Shown piece by piece: positions 1 to 10,205 of a stretch of 21,265 bases of DNA (the first letter of the stretch is position 1; each line of letters opens with the position of its first letter). This DNA comes from Ginkgo biloba (lineage: Eukaryota; Plantae; Ginkgophyta): assembly GCA_024626585.2 (NCBI GenBank), contig JANKJI020000004.1, forward strand, positions 133,074,377-133,095,641. Reading direction: 5' to 3'. Both the position numbers and the translations under genes were made by a program. Under the pieces are notes generated by a model. The model made no database searches. It saw only the letters and a list, made by a program, of their open reading frames with translations, and was not told the DNA's origin.

Positions 1-76
1 AAGTGAAAGTCAAAGCAAGGCTTTAAATAGTATTGAAATAAAATAATACTGTGAAGAAAATGTAGCAATGCCATAC

Positions 77-187
77 ATTCGAGCTTGTGTCCACTTTGAT
101 ATCAGTCGTGACATTGTTATTCTTCAACTGTGTGTTCAGGTCCCCCAGAAATAATTCCCCTTTCTTGGTTCCAGTGGATGTAAAAGC
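77..187 (-). CDS. VDAC: Mitochondrial outer-membrane porin (voltage-dependent anion channel), internal exon (exon 3 in the usual plant VDAC structure)
   Basis: 111 nt encode AFTSTGTKKGELFLGDLNTQLKNNNVTTDIKVDTSSN, matching the plant VDAC segment of type AITxTGTxKGxLFLGDVxTQxKNxNxTxDxKVxTxS. On the minus strand it is flanked by acceptor aaacag| (190-188) and donor |gtatgg (from 76); phase 0 at both ends. Confidence 0.93.
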
Positions 188-1395
188 CTGTTTATCACAG
201 TCATGCAAGTAAAATCACATTTTAGCTGTGCAAAAAAAAATCAGAATCTGATCTAAGACAATGAGACAAATTAATACAATTGCTATTCTATCCCCTGAGC
301 AAACTGTGTCTTAGTCAACATACAGGCATGTACATAAGAAGCCGGAACAACAGTTGGAACTGAGAAAGACAAAATCGGGACCTACTTATTCGACACTAAG
401 TAGTGGTATTCCTTCANNNNNNNNNNTCTGTTTTTTTTTTCACTAAAAGAAAAGCTGAAATTTAAATGTTGACGGAATGAAAAAGGACAAGGAAAGACAT
501 AAGAAGTTTAAAGAAAATCAGCTCTTGAGGTAATCCCATAAAAAACTTTATAAATTAAGGAAATTAATCCTCACATTCTGATAGAAACAAGGGTTGACAA
601 GTAAATGAAAATCAAGCGTAGGAGAGCCCACACTGCAATGTCGTTGATTAAGAACGAATTATACATGTACCATGTTTATCAAGTCAACTCTCTAGCATTT
701 GTCCCCCTCTAGTCCAAATGAAATTGGCTGTACTTAAACCTTGGAAACATGCCAATTACTTAAGAATCTTCCAATTAGACTTGCATAACAATAACTAAGA
801 GGAGTCGGAAGTCGGATGCACTTAGTGTGATACCAAAATGTTTGCTGAAAGAACACAACAGTATCAGCCATACCCATATAATAGAACAAGAGGGACTCTA
901 GTCACTTCTTGGAATGACTCTTCCTAGATTCTTAGATACTCATTTTGGTTCAAACCTAAAAATAAAACATCAACTTATAGGATTAGAGAATCTAGAGCTT
1001 ATGCTCCTTCACTTCCCCCTACTTCTNNNNNNNNNNNNNNNNNNNNNNNNNNNNNNNNNNNNNNNNNNNNNNNNNNNNNNNNNNNNNNNNNNNNNNNNNN
1101 NNNNNNNNNNNNNNNNNNNNNNNNNNACTTAATTGAGATTGTCAGTTGTCCCCTTTGTGGCCTACTAGAGACAGGCCCTCTAATCAATAAAATCCTTGAA
1201 AATAAACTTTACTGTTTTGGAGATCAAATAAGCTGAAGGCATATAGTGCAGAATACCATATATAGAATGCCATGAAGTAAGTCACCTGGATGACCCCTCT
1301 CAAATTCTTTAAACAGACAGATAATGCAGCAAACTGAAAGTGCAATGTCATGACANNNNNNNNNNNNNNNNNNNNNNNNNNNNNNNNNNNNTTAC

Positions 1396-1463
1396 CAATC
1401 CATTGGATGTATAGGTGGTAAGACTAAACTTCTGGTCAAAGAGGTAATCCTTATAGAGGAGAT
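1396..1463 (-). CDS. VDAC: VDAC exon 2 (not in the ORF track)
   Basis: Minus strand reads tgtgcag|ATCTCCTCTATAAGGATTAC...AATGGATTG|gtaa. The 68 nt give (D)LLYKDYLFDQKFSLTTYTSNGL, the conserved DLLYKDYxxDQKF motif after the VDAC N-terminal helix. It has a phase-1 start and phase-0 end and joins exon 3 in frame. Confidence 0.93.
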
Positions 1464-1520
1464 CTGCACATCACAATTTTAGGACTATGAAAATTTGACA
1501 AATAGACTAAGTAATAAATG

Positions 1521-1923
1521 TTATCTTGAATCATTCAGACATCATGTTATGTAGCCTTGATGTGGCGCAGTATAATATTTTTGTATATCAGTAATCTCAA
1601 AAGATCATTCATTTATTTAAATGCAATGTATAAATGCAGACAATTTATTTACCATAGGCCTTTCATAACACTGTCAGCGCATAACTCAAAGCCCTTATTT
1701 CAATGCAATGTATAAATGCAGACAATTTATTTGCCAAAGGCCTTTCACAAAATTGTCAGCGCATAACTCAGACCCCTCACTATTACCATTAAACTGCATA
1801 ACAAATACACTAGGAAACACTTATTGTCTTGAATCATTCAGAAAGCATGTTATGTAGTCCTAGTGCAGTGCAGTATTATTTTTTTGTGCATTATTAATCT
1901 CAAACGGCTCAATCATTTGTTTA
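1521..1923. repeat. Compound local duplication A-B-B'-x-A' upstream of VDAC exon 2 (presumed intron 1)
   Basis: An 82-bp tandem pair lies at 1613-1694 and 1695-1776 (aatgcaatgtataaatgcagacaatttattt...tgtcagcgcataactca). A ~100-bp direct repeat starts tcttgaatcattcaga at 1524 and 1827 and is more diverged than the tandem pair. Confidence 0.9.
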
Positions 1924-1971
1924 TATTGTAATGATCCCTTTTTCAAATGAACAACCAGACCATATGTTGTA

Positions 1972-2440
1972 CACCATTCATTGCTGGCCACCCTACCGTT
2001 CGTCGAACAATATAGACTGTTTGCTGCCGATTTGTTCATTCACGGCACTTTATACACCATTTGCTGCCCTAGACAGCCGTTCGCCCCAACTATGTGCATC
2101 GTTTGTTGCCCCTGATAGCCGTTCGCCTCAAGTGTGCACACCGTTCGCTACCCCTAACACCCGTTCGCCCCAACTATGCACACCGTTCATTGCACCCAGG
2201 CAACCATTCACTACATCTAGTCAATTGTTCGTTGCCACCCAATGAGTTGTTCCTCGCTTGTCTCCATCTAGTTAGCCGTTTGTCGCCATCCAGTTGGTCA
2301 TTCGTTGCCCTCCAATCAGCCATTCGCTGCCACCCAGTCAGTTGTTCGCCCAATTGTGTACACTGTTTGTTGCCACCTAGTGAGCCATTTGCCACCAACT
2401 CAGTCACCTGTTTGCCACCAACCCAACCACCTGTCTGTTA
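1972..2440. repeat. Degenerate minisatellite with a ~21-bp subunit and 42-bp higher-order unit (core ccgttcgc)
   Basis: ccgttc cores at 2077, 2119, 2141, 2161 and 2183, a variant at 2099, and further decayed variants (ccattc, ctgttt, ttgttc) on both sides. The 42-bp period appears as 14-aa repeats in ORF 1931..2245. Confidence 0.85.
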
Positions 2441-4899
2441 GTTTCTAGATTTGCTAGTAAACTATAAACTTGAAATACAAAAAGTGATATTGAGCAAAGC
2501 AATAAAATTCATCACAGAAAGACACAAAATTTAGANNNNNNNNNNNNNNNNNNNNNNNNNNNNNNNNNNNNNNNNNNNNNNNNNNNNNNNNNNNNNNNNN
2601 NNNNNNNNNNNNNNNNNNNNNNNNNNNNNNNNNNNNNNNNNNNNNNNNNNNNNNNNNNNNNNNNNNNNNNNNNNNNNNNNNNNNNNNNNNNNNNNNNNNN
2701 NNNNNNNNNNNNNNNNNNNNNNNNNNNNNNNNNNNNNNNNNNNNNNNNNNNNNNNNNNNNNNNNNNNNNNNNNNNNNNNNNNNNNNNNNNNNNNNNNNNN
2801 NNNNNNNNNNNNNNNNNNNNNNNNNNNNNNNNNNNNNNNNNNNNNNNNNNNNNNNNNNNNNNNNNNNNNNNNNNNNNNNNNNNNNNNNNNNNNNNNNNNN
2901 NNNNNNNNNNNNNNNNNNNNNNNNNNNNNNNNNNNNNNNNNNNNNNNNNNNNNNNNNNNNNNNNNNNNNNNNNNNNNNNNNNNNNNNNNNNNNNNNNNNN
3001 NNNNNNNNNNNNNNNNNNNNNNNNNNNNNNNNNNNNNNNNNNNNNNNNNNNNNNNNNNNNNNNNNNNNNNNNNNNNNNNNNNNNNNNNNNNNNNNNNNNN
3101 NNNNNNNNNNNNNNNNNNNNNNNNNNNNNNNNNNNNNNNNNNNNNNNNNNNNNNNNNNNNNNNNNNNNNNNNNNNNNNNNNNNNNNNNNNNNNNNNNNNN
3201 NNNNNNNNNNNNNNNNNNNNNNNNNNNNNNNNNNNNNNNNNNNNNNNNNNNNNNNNNNNNNNNNNNNNNNNNNNNNNNNNNNNNNNNNNNNNNNNNNNNN
3301 NNNNNNNNNNNNNNNNNNNNNNNNNNNNNNNNNNNNNNNNNNNNNNNNNNNNNNNNNNNNNNNNNNNNNNNNNNNNNNNNNNNNNNNNNNNNNNNNNNNN
3401 NNNNNNNNNNNNNNNNNNNNNNNNNNNNNGGGTAGTGCCAGCCTTTCATCAAGGCATGCAGTGGTGAGGGTAATGGGCGTTTACCATGGCGAGAGTTCTA
3501 ACAGCCTGACAACCAGCAAGTAGAGTGCAACCTGTAACAACAGAGTGCCAATGCTTGTGGAGTTAAGGGGAGCCACTCTAGCTGTGCCGATCATCAGCCT
3601 GAGTGCATACACCACTTGACACTTTGGAGAATTACCCCAGTCACTGGGACCATGGACTTCAGTGCATGGCGGATGCATGTCCTCCCAGCCATGCTGGAAT
3701 GTGAGAGCCTAATAAGCTCGGGGCATGCATTTCAGCCTGACTCAGGCAAAAATCTAGAAGCCATCATGGAGTCACTCCTGGTTTTTCAGACAAAAACTAG
3801 AATCTGGCTCTTTAATGCCATTTAGATAATGCAGGGCTCAAGGTTACAAAGTTACTAAAAAGTTTAAAAAGCCTCCATAAATGTTTAAACCTGCTGAAGC
3901 CCCAGGGTACAACCACCCTTGGCATTTGAACTCTATGTAGTGTTCTGTGCCGAACTGATGCAACTCTGCAGAAAGTGCNNNNNNNNNNAATTGGCAAAAT
4001 CCCCTTAGCAAAAAAAGTTAATTGCAGATACATGCATACATAGTTCAGAAAAGGTGGGTTTTGTCAGAAAAGGAACGACAATAAAACCGATGCGTACATG
4101 GATTCTTGATGGCATACACCCACCTGACCATGGACTAACCTCTGGGGCGTTTATTCTCCCCTATCCATGTACTAATCTTTCTTTCATAAGCATACACGAA
4201 CCTATCTATGTAATAATCACTCTCTNNNNNNNNNNNNNNNNNNNNNTAATCCTGAAAAGTGTCTAGGGAAATGGAATCATTTCATTCTACAAATAGCAAA
4301 TTTTTCCATCAACTAGCAACTTATCAGTTGACAGACAAGTACAACTGTCCGTTGCAATGATGTGCCAAACGCCCTAAAGGGCACAAACCCAGCTGACAAA
4401 AAACATTTCACTCTGCTAAGCACAAATATTTAATTCAACTGAGAATTTTGTCAGCTAACACCATNNNNNNNNNNNNNNNNNNNNNNNNNNNNNNNNNNNN
4501 NNNNNNNNNNNNNNNNNNNNNNNNNNNNNNNNNNNNNNNNNNNNNNNNNNNNNNNNNNNNNNNNCCAATGCTACGGTATCTCTGCTGTGCATGCGCTGCA
4601 TGCATACTTTATTCTAAATCTGTATTGTCTTTTCATGCGTTACATGCATGTGTTATTGCAATTCTAAAACTAGAATTGCATGCGCTAAATTGGGCATCAA
4701 TATCCGCCTTCAATACCCTGCAGCATCCCTGTCTCATCTAACCAGGACATACATCCATGCAAACCAAATGCATGATGTTGATTTTTCGGGGAATGAAAGA
4801 AGCATACCAGGTAATTCCCATATTTAAGAATAATTATTAGGTTAAAATACCAGGTATCTGGTGGTTTCTGATATATGCACAATCCCGTCTGCAGTCATA

Positions 4900-5470
4900 G
4901 GCGGTGGACATTATTATTACTATTTGCTTGAAAGGAAAGTTGTCTTCCTTTTGTCGTGGTCTGTACGTCTGGGCCAGTGGCCAGTCTTTATTTGATTTAT
5001 GAGCGATAAGCGTGGATTCTTTAACATGTCGCAATTATAATTATGAATCGAATAAACTGCCTATCTTCGGAAACTAACAGGGAGATTCCATGGAGGGGCG
5101 CTTCGGGATTTTTTAAGCGGCTGTTGCTGAAAAAATTTAGGAGCATAAAACTTTTAGCCATCCATGCAATGATTTTTTCATCTATTGCAAAATATCAAAA
5201 AATGATAGAGAGAAAAAAAATAAGGGAATAAAAAAAAACAGTGCAGCCACGTGTGATTACAATGTGTTCGTTAAACGGCGCTTAAGTCTAACCCCCTCTC
5301 GAGCAACCGTTAGAAACAAACTAACGAAACAGTAACTGCTCCGTTTTTTTAATAGGAGAGAATCTTTTTTATCCGGTGCTTGCAAATTTTCAGTATCGTT
5401 TCCTGAAAATAGAAACTTAGCGGTATTCATGGCACCTCCCTGTAATACATGATAAGATGGGCCCTCACCG
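4900..5470. promoter_or_regulatory. Possible promoter-proximal region of the VDAC gene
   Basis: Retains CpGs, unlike the TE remnants. Contains site II motifs TGGGCC at 4970 and 5458 and a G-box CACGTG at 5248, upstream of the minus-strand exons. Exon 1 and the TSS are not visible and a 100-N gap intervenes. Confidence 0.3.
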
Positions 5471-5911
5471 CACTAAAATTATTAATCGCATGATGTCGAT
5501 TCAAGCTGTATAGCATACATTTCACACATAATTTAATAAAACAATAGTAAAATCGTATATATTAGTACGATATATGAGTAGCGAGCACACGTATCCCTGT
5601 ACTAAAAAAATAAACAATTCAAGTCTGAGTTGTTTATATATTGGAATAGAATAGTTGCAGTGAATCTCTGTGTTTCATCGTCAGCACTGTTAGCTATCAC
5701 GACGCCGATGCTGCGCAGCACATATTTAGCTTAATCTATGCCTTATGCCTTATTTAATTTGCTAAAAACGCATTTATTGATTTTCTTATCCTATCCTCTT
5801 AGCACTGAAGTTAAGTGAAAAGATTATTTTAAGATAAATTCGAATAAAGTATACTAAAGCACATGTTTTTGTTTTTTTTGAAAAGTGCTTCTGAAAGGAT
5901 TTTATTAAAAA

Positions 5912-6122
5912 CTAGTATGTACCCGTGGCAACGAATTGCCATGGGTCATACGTCAGATTTCCGTTCCGTCTTGTTGAAATAACCCCGTACCACTTCCCCG
6001 TCCGACCATCCAATACACTATCCTCCGTCTTTTCTTTTTTTCCGACATGTTTTTGGCGGCGAAGGATAGGATTATTATAATATTATTTTGTGTCGGTGGA
6101 CACAAATATTTTAGTAGTATGA
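5912..6122 (-). mobile_element. Short non-autonomous Helitron (211 bp)
   Basis: On the minus strand the 5' end reads A|TCATACTACTAAAA (6123|6122) and the 3' end reads ACCCATGGCAATTCGTTGCCACGGGT-ACATA-CTAG|T. That is an 11-bp-stem hairpin with one mismatch (5921-5946) just before CTAG, inserted between host A and T with no TSD. The 3' end is strong; the 5' end is less certain. Confidence 0.72.
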
Positions 6123-7150
6123 TATATTGTGTTGGGGGATTGTGCAAATAGAAATGAGGACGGGCAACCATATTGTGAGGATAACTTGTGTAATCTAAAA
6201 TGAAAACCAACACTAGCAACTATGTTATATTGATACAAGAAAGGTAAGTGGATAGCACATAGCTAAGACTTGCCAATTAGTAATTGATGATTGGACTCGA
6301 GAGCATTCATGTATCAAATAATCAAGCCATGATGAGTTGCAATTTTGGAATTGTATATGAGATATTGGTCGAGATGCGGCATAGTGTCTTGTTGTTGCTT
6401 TGTGACATTCTACAATAGTTGAGTTGGAATAATTTTACTTCCATTGTAAAGGCATGTAGATGGGAGTATTTTAGACTTTGTAGGTCTCAAAATGGTAATT
6501 GAAAGAAGGAGACGCCATTACCTAAAGAACAAATGTCATTATTGTAAAACCTCACAATCCTTAACCTTGTAGTGGTCTTCTAAATCTAGTTGGGTTTGAG
6601 TTGACAGATAATCAAATTGGAATAAGGTAAGTCATCGATGGGTGTTGGGGAGAATTGCAACAATTTAGGATCAGTTAGTATAGTCAAATATCCCGATGTG
6701 GTTTAGCTTCACTCATTAGAACATAACAACTACCTCTCTAAATTCCTCTATAGACATCCTTTAATAAGCAATCAAGATATTTATCCAAATATCTTGAGAT
6801 CTTGCTTGCCTTAAAAGCATTAGTACCACTTGCACTAAATTTGATATTTTGTAAAGTTGTCTTGAGGCTAAGAGCATCACTAACCTATTTAGAGAAGGTT
6901 GAAACCAATGTTTTTCATGATGTATTCTAAGTGCTCATCTAAGTTGAATCTCATGAGCCATACCTAGTGCACCTCTATATCCAATAGAAAGATGTTCTAA
7001 TTTGCAATAATAACAATCCATTTGATGCATCATTGTCAGGAAATAATTAATAAGGTGGTTGTAGGGGGGGGCAAACCACTTGCATTCTTACCCCACTTCT
7101 CATGTACAAAATGTATCCAATATACCTTCACATTTGGTTTGTAGTATTCA

Positions 7151-8120
7151 TGCCAAATTTAGGGTTATTGCATCGAAGCATTGGTTGATATAGGAAGTTC
7201 AATGAAAACAGATCATGTCTCATTCTTAGAGAATGTGTGTTATCGAGATATTCAATAACACCTATAGTTGTTACCTTTGGTGACAAACATTTATAACAAA
7301 TTACAAGACAATATGTATGCCTTCTTCTACATCTCAATAACATTCTCATACCTATTAATGTTATGTACTTCCATGCCAAAGAGTTTATATAACCTTAGTG
7401 TGGTTCATTGAGACAACTTAGAGGAATTTATGATTTTGATAGTTAGTTTCTAAAGTTTCACAAAGTTATAACCCTAGTTTCATGGGTCGGAGATATGGTT
7501 ACTAACCATTTTGTTGTACAGGAAGTAGATGTACAAATTAATAATAATGTATTCTTAAATGGCTTTAAATAAGAGGCCTAATTAAAGGACATTCACAAGG
7601 TGCTTCAATAACTATCAAATTCTTTATTTTTCTAGGAAAGTCATCGTATAAAACAACATTTATCTCCTATCCAATCAATGAAACGGATACATAATTAGTC
7701 AAAAGTTGCAATAAGATGACACTTATCAGGAGATACACAAATACCATAGCAATGTGTTAAAAAAATATTACAACAAAAGGTGATTCATCCATCTCAAAGT
7801 CCTTGGGCATCATAGTTCCATTTGGAAAAGAAGAAAGATGGTAAAGTTCATCTATATATTAATTATTTACATCTTAATAATATCCTACTTAAATATGTTT
7901 TTCCATTACCATATATTGACAATATTTTAGAGAAATTTGTTCATATGGCTTATTTCACTTCTTTAGACCTACATTTGGGTATTGGCTAGTATGTCTTACT
8001 TCATGCCTTTAGACTTGTATCTAAGTATTAGCAAATTCTAATAAAAGAAAAAGTTGGCCCTAAAACAACATTCTAGACTCTATCTAGTCTATACAAGTTT
8101 AATTTCCTCCTTTAAGGCTT
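7151..8120 (+). mobile_element. Ty3/gypsy pol remnant: aspartic protease plus N-terminal half of RT
   Basis: CQI*GYCIEALVDIGSS has a degenerate DTG site at 7187-7195. Downstream: QQKVIHPSQSPWAS*FHLEKKKDGKVHLYINYLHLNNILLKYVFPLPYIDNILEKF...YFTSLDL and Y*QILIKEKVGPKTTF*TLSSLYKF, matching Ty3 RT motifs (PSxSPWxSP, KKKDG, FPLPxID, LDL, KTAF). Many stops and frameshifts. Confidence 0.87.
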
Positions 8121-8129
8121 CCTCTCACA

Positions 8130-8443
8130 CCCTCTCAGATAAAGCTATACTTCTTGAGGGATTTGGTACTATAACAATTCTCAGGGTGAATATCATACTA
8201 CCATATTTCTAGTCATACAATGCCATATCTAAATTTCCATCGATCCACGATGGACTCTTGAAGCTCAACTCTCCATTGGGGGTGGGATTGATTTTTTATA
8301 GGCTAGCCTACATTCCTCCTTCAAGATTCCCTTTAACATCTTGTCGAACAAAGCTATATTGATCCAAGTGTCCTTGGCTCAAAATTTTGATTTTATATAC
8401 AATTTTTTCTTTGCAAATAAAGTTATATGTAAAATTCTACTAT
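8130..8443 (+). mobile_element. Possible chromovirus pol C-terminus/PPT remnant and start of a 3' LTR
   Basis: ctctcagataaagctatacttcttgagggatttggtactataac reads LSDKAILLEGFGTIT, resembling the LEDKxxLxGxGNVT end of chromovirus pol that overlaps the PPT and LTR start (TGTAAC decayed to TATAAC). A related LSNKAIL sequence recurs at 8341. Highly degenerate. Confidence 0.33.
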
Positions 8444-8543
8444 NNNNNNNNNNNNNNNNNNNNNNNNNNNNNNNNNNNNNNNNNNNNNNNNNNNNNNNNN
8501 NNNNNNNNNNNNNNNNNNNNNNNNNNNNNNNNNNNNNNNNNNN

Positions 8544-9036
8544 TGCTCCAAGGGGCTAAATACTTCACCAAGATTGATTGATTTAAAATCATGTTACAAC
8601 CAATTAAGAGTGAAATCAAAAGATACATGAAAAATAACCTTCAAGACTAAGCAAGGACTATTTGAGTGGCTTATACTCCCATTCAGCCTCAAGAATGCAC
8701 CAACACCTTTTATGCAGCTTGTGGATGATGCTCTTATATCATATATGGGTTAGTTCATTATGGTATATCTCGATGATATACTAATTTATAATAAGACTTG
8801 GAAGGAGCATTTATAGCACATCTTGCAAACCTTGCAAGAGAAACAACTTCAAGCCAATATTGGTAAATGTTCATTTCACGTGCAATGCATTTCTTACTTA
8901 GGATTTTTAATTGATGAACATGGTTTACTTATTGACCCACAAAAGATTTAAGTATTATAAAGTTGGCCCACTCCTATATATTTGATCGAGTTGAGGAGTT
9001 ACTTGGGATTAGAAAATTTCTACGGTCGATTTCTGT
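8544..9036 (+). mobile_element. Ty3/gypsy reverse transcriptase core, pseudogenised
   Basis: LQGAKYFTKID/DLKSCYNQLRVKSKDT*KITFKTKQGLFEWLILPFSLKNAPTPFMQLVDDAL...FIMVYLDDILIY...KCSF...YLGF...DPQKI*...WPTP...ELRSYLGLENFYGRF, with catalytic YLDD at 8766-8777. It covers some of the same RT motifs as the 7151-8120 fragment, so it is a separate copy. Confidence 0.93.
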
Positions 9037-9670
9037 TGTCAAATAATTTAGATTGAAGAAATTTATGAGAAGGGATTAAATAATTTGATGAATTAGAAGA
9101 GATAATTAAGTTCTCAATCATTGTCAAATCATTTTGAAAGTGTTTTGGTATATTCCTTGAGGAAAATTAAGATCTTCCAAAAAATAAGTCAAATTAAAAA
9201 AATGAGAGAGAAGTTGGGAGGGATTTTGAAAGAATAATTATTTGGCAAAAAAATTCCATAAGCATGTGGTGCACTTCAGTCCCTCCAGAGAAGGTTAAGT
9301 TCACTTTTGTGTTGGCACTTAGAGACTAGCTAGTCATCTATAATATCATAGGTATGTTACTCAAGTCCTTATCCAAAATTATGTAATTTAGTTTGTTGAT
9401 TACATTATTGAAGAATATATAATTGTATTTATATATTCATATAGAATTTTTTTCTTATAAGAGACTTTTTCATGTCAATTTGAAATAATTTTTTTATTAA
9501 TTTTCCTTGAGGAAATAATAAATTCAAAACATTTTGAACTCTATCCCTANNNNNNNNNNNNNNNNNNNNNNNNNNNNNNNNNNNNNNNNNNNNNNNNNNN
9601 NNNNNNNNNNNNNNNNNNNNNNNNNNNNNNNNNNNNNNNNNNNNNNNNNGTCAAATTTTTCTTACTCATC

Positions 9671-10205
9671 CCAGACCATGTCGATCCATAATGTATCTTC
9701 TTTGTAGATGTTAGCATCATCCCTCTTGTCCCTAGTTATGTCGGTGAACCAATCTTATGTCTGCCAGTCTTTACCACTCCACCGACGATGTCGGTCTATT
9801 ATGTATCTTACTGATGATGTTGATCACTCTTCTATTCTACCAACAACGTTGGTCTTCAACCCTCTTATCCGACAATGTTGATCATCACCTTAAGTTAGTG
9901 TCAATTTCTCTCGGTGATGTTAGTTAATGCCTATTATGTCCCCGACGATGTCGACAGACTTTGTTATTGTTGATATCCTTTGTTGCCTTACCGATGATGT
10001 TAGTCTATAATATCTCATCACTAATGATGTTGATCAACCATGAATCCTCTTTCAATGATGTTAGTTACCCTTTACTAATCTTTCAACGATGTCAACCCTT
10101 CACATTTTAGCAATCCACTGATGGTGTTGGTCTCTTCTTTTATTAAACTATCGACAATATTAGTGAGCATGACCCTTGTCGATGTTAGTGCCCGATGATG
10201 TCGAT
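9671..10205. repeat. Regularly interspaced array of a degenerate 15-bp palindrome (best copy ACCGACGATGTCGGT) with variable spacers
   Basis: Copies start at about 9671, 9701, 9731, 9750, 9781, 9810, 9839, 9868, 9910, 9941, 9960, 9990, 10020, 10051, 10082, 10117, 10150, 10175 and 10191; most intervals are 29-31 bp. Most variants are C>T or G>A changes from the 9781 copy. Confidence 0.85.

Noticed and set aside
23-208. 61-aa ORF as a standalone gene
   Set aside because: Only 77-187 is VDAC-like; the flanks are intronic, with canonical splice sites.
1931-2441. ORFs 1931..2245, 2094..2441 and 2174..2407 as genes
   Set aside because: They are by-products of a stop-poor 42-bp repeat that is open in several frames on both strands.
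2454-3452. 332-aa ORF and other X-containing ORFs in the track
   Set aside because: They are open only because they cross N-runs.
3430-4033. Short ORFs in a GC-richer block
   Set aside because: No recognisable motif in the translations examined; left unassigned.
4137-4190. Candidate VDAC exon 1 (minus strand ...STWIGENKRPR+G|gttag, phase-compatible donor)
   Set aside because: It lacks the GPGLY..IGKKA motif and a suitably placed in-frame ATG; the resemblance is probably chance.
7151-9036. One continuous retrotransposon across the 8444-8543 gap
   Set aside because: Both sides encode the same RT motifs (YF..LDL, KT.F), so they are different copies.
9671-10205. True CRISPR array
   Set aside because: The repeats (15 bp) and spacers (~15 nt) are too short, the repeats are degenerate, no cas genes are present, and the context is plant nuclear TE DNA.
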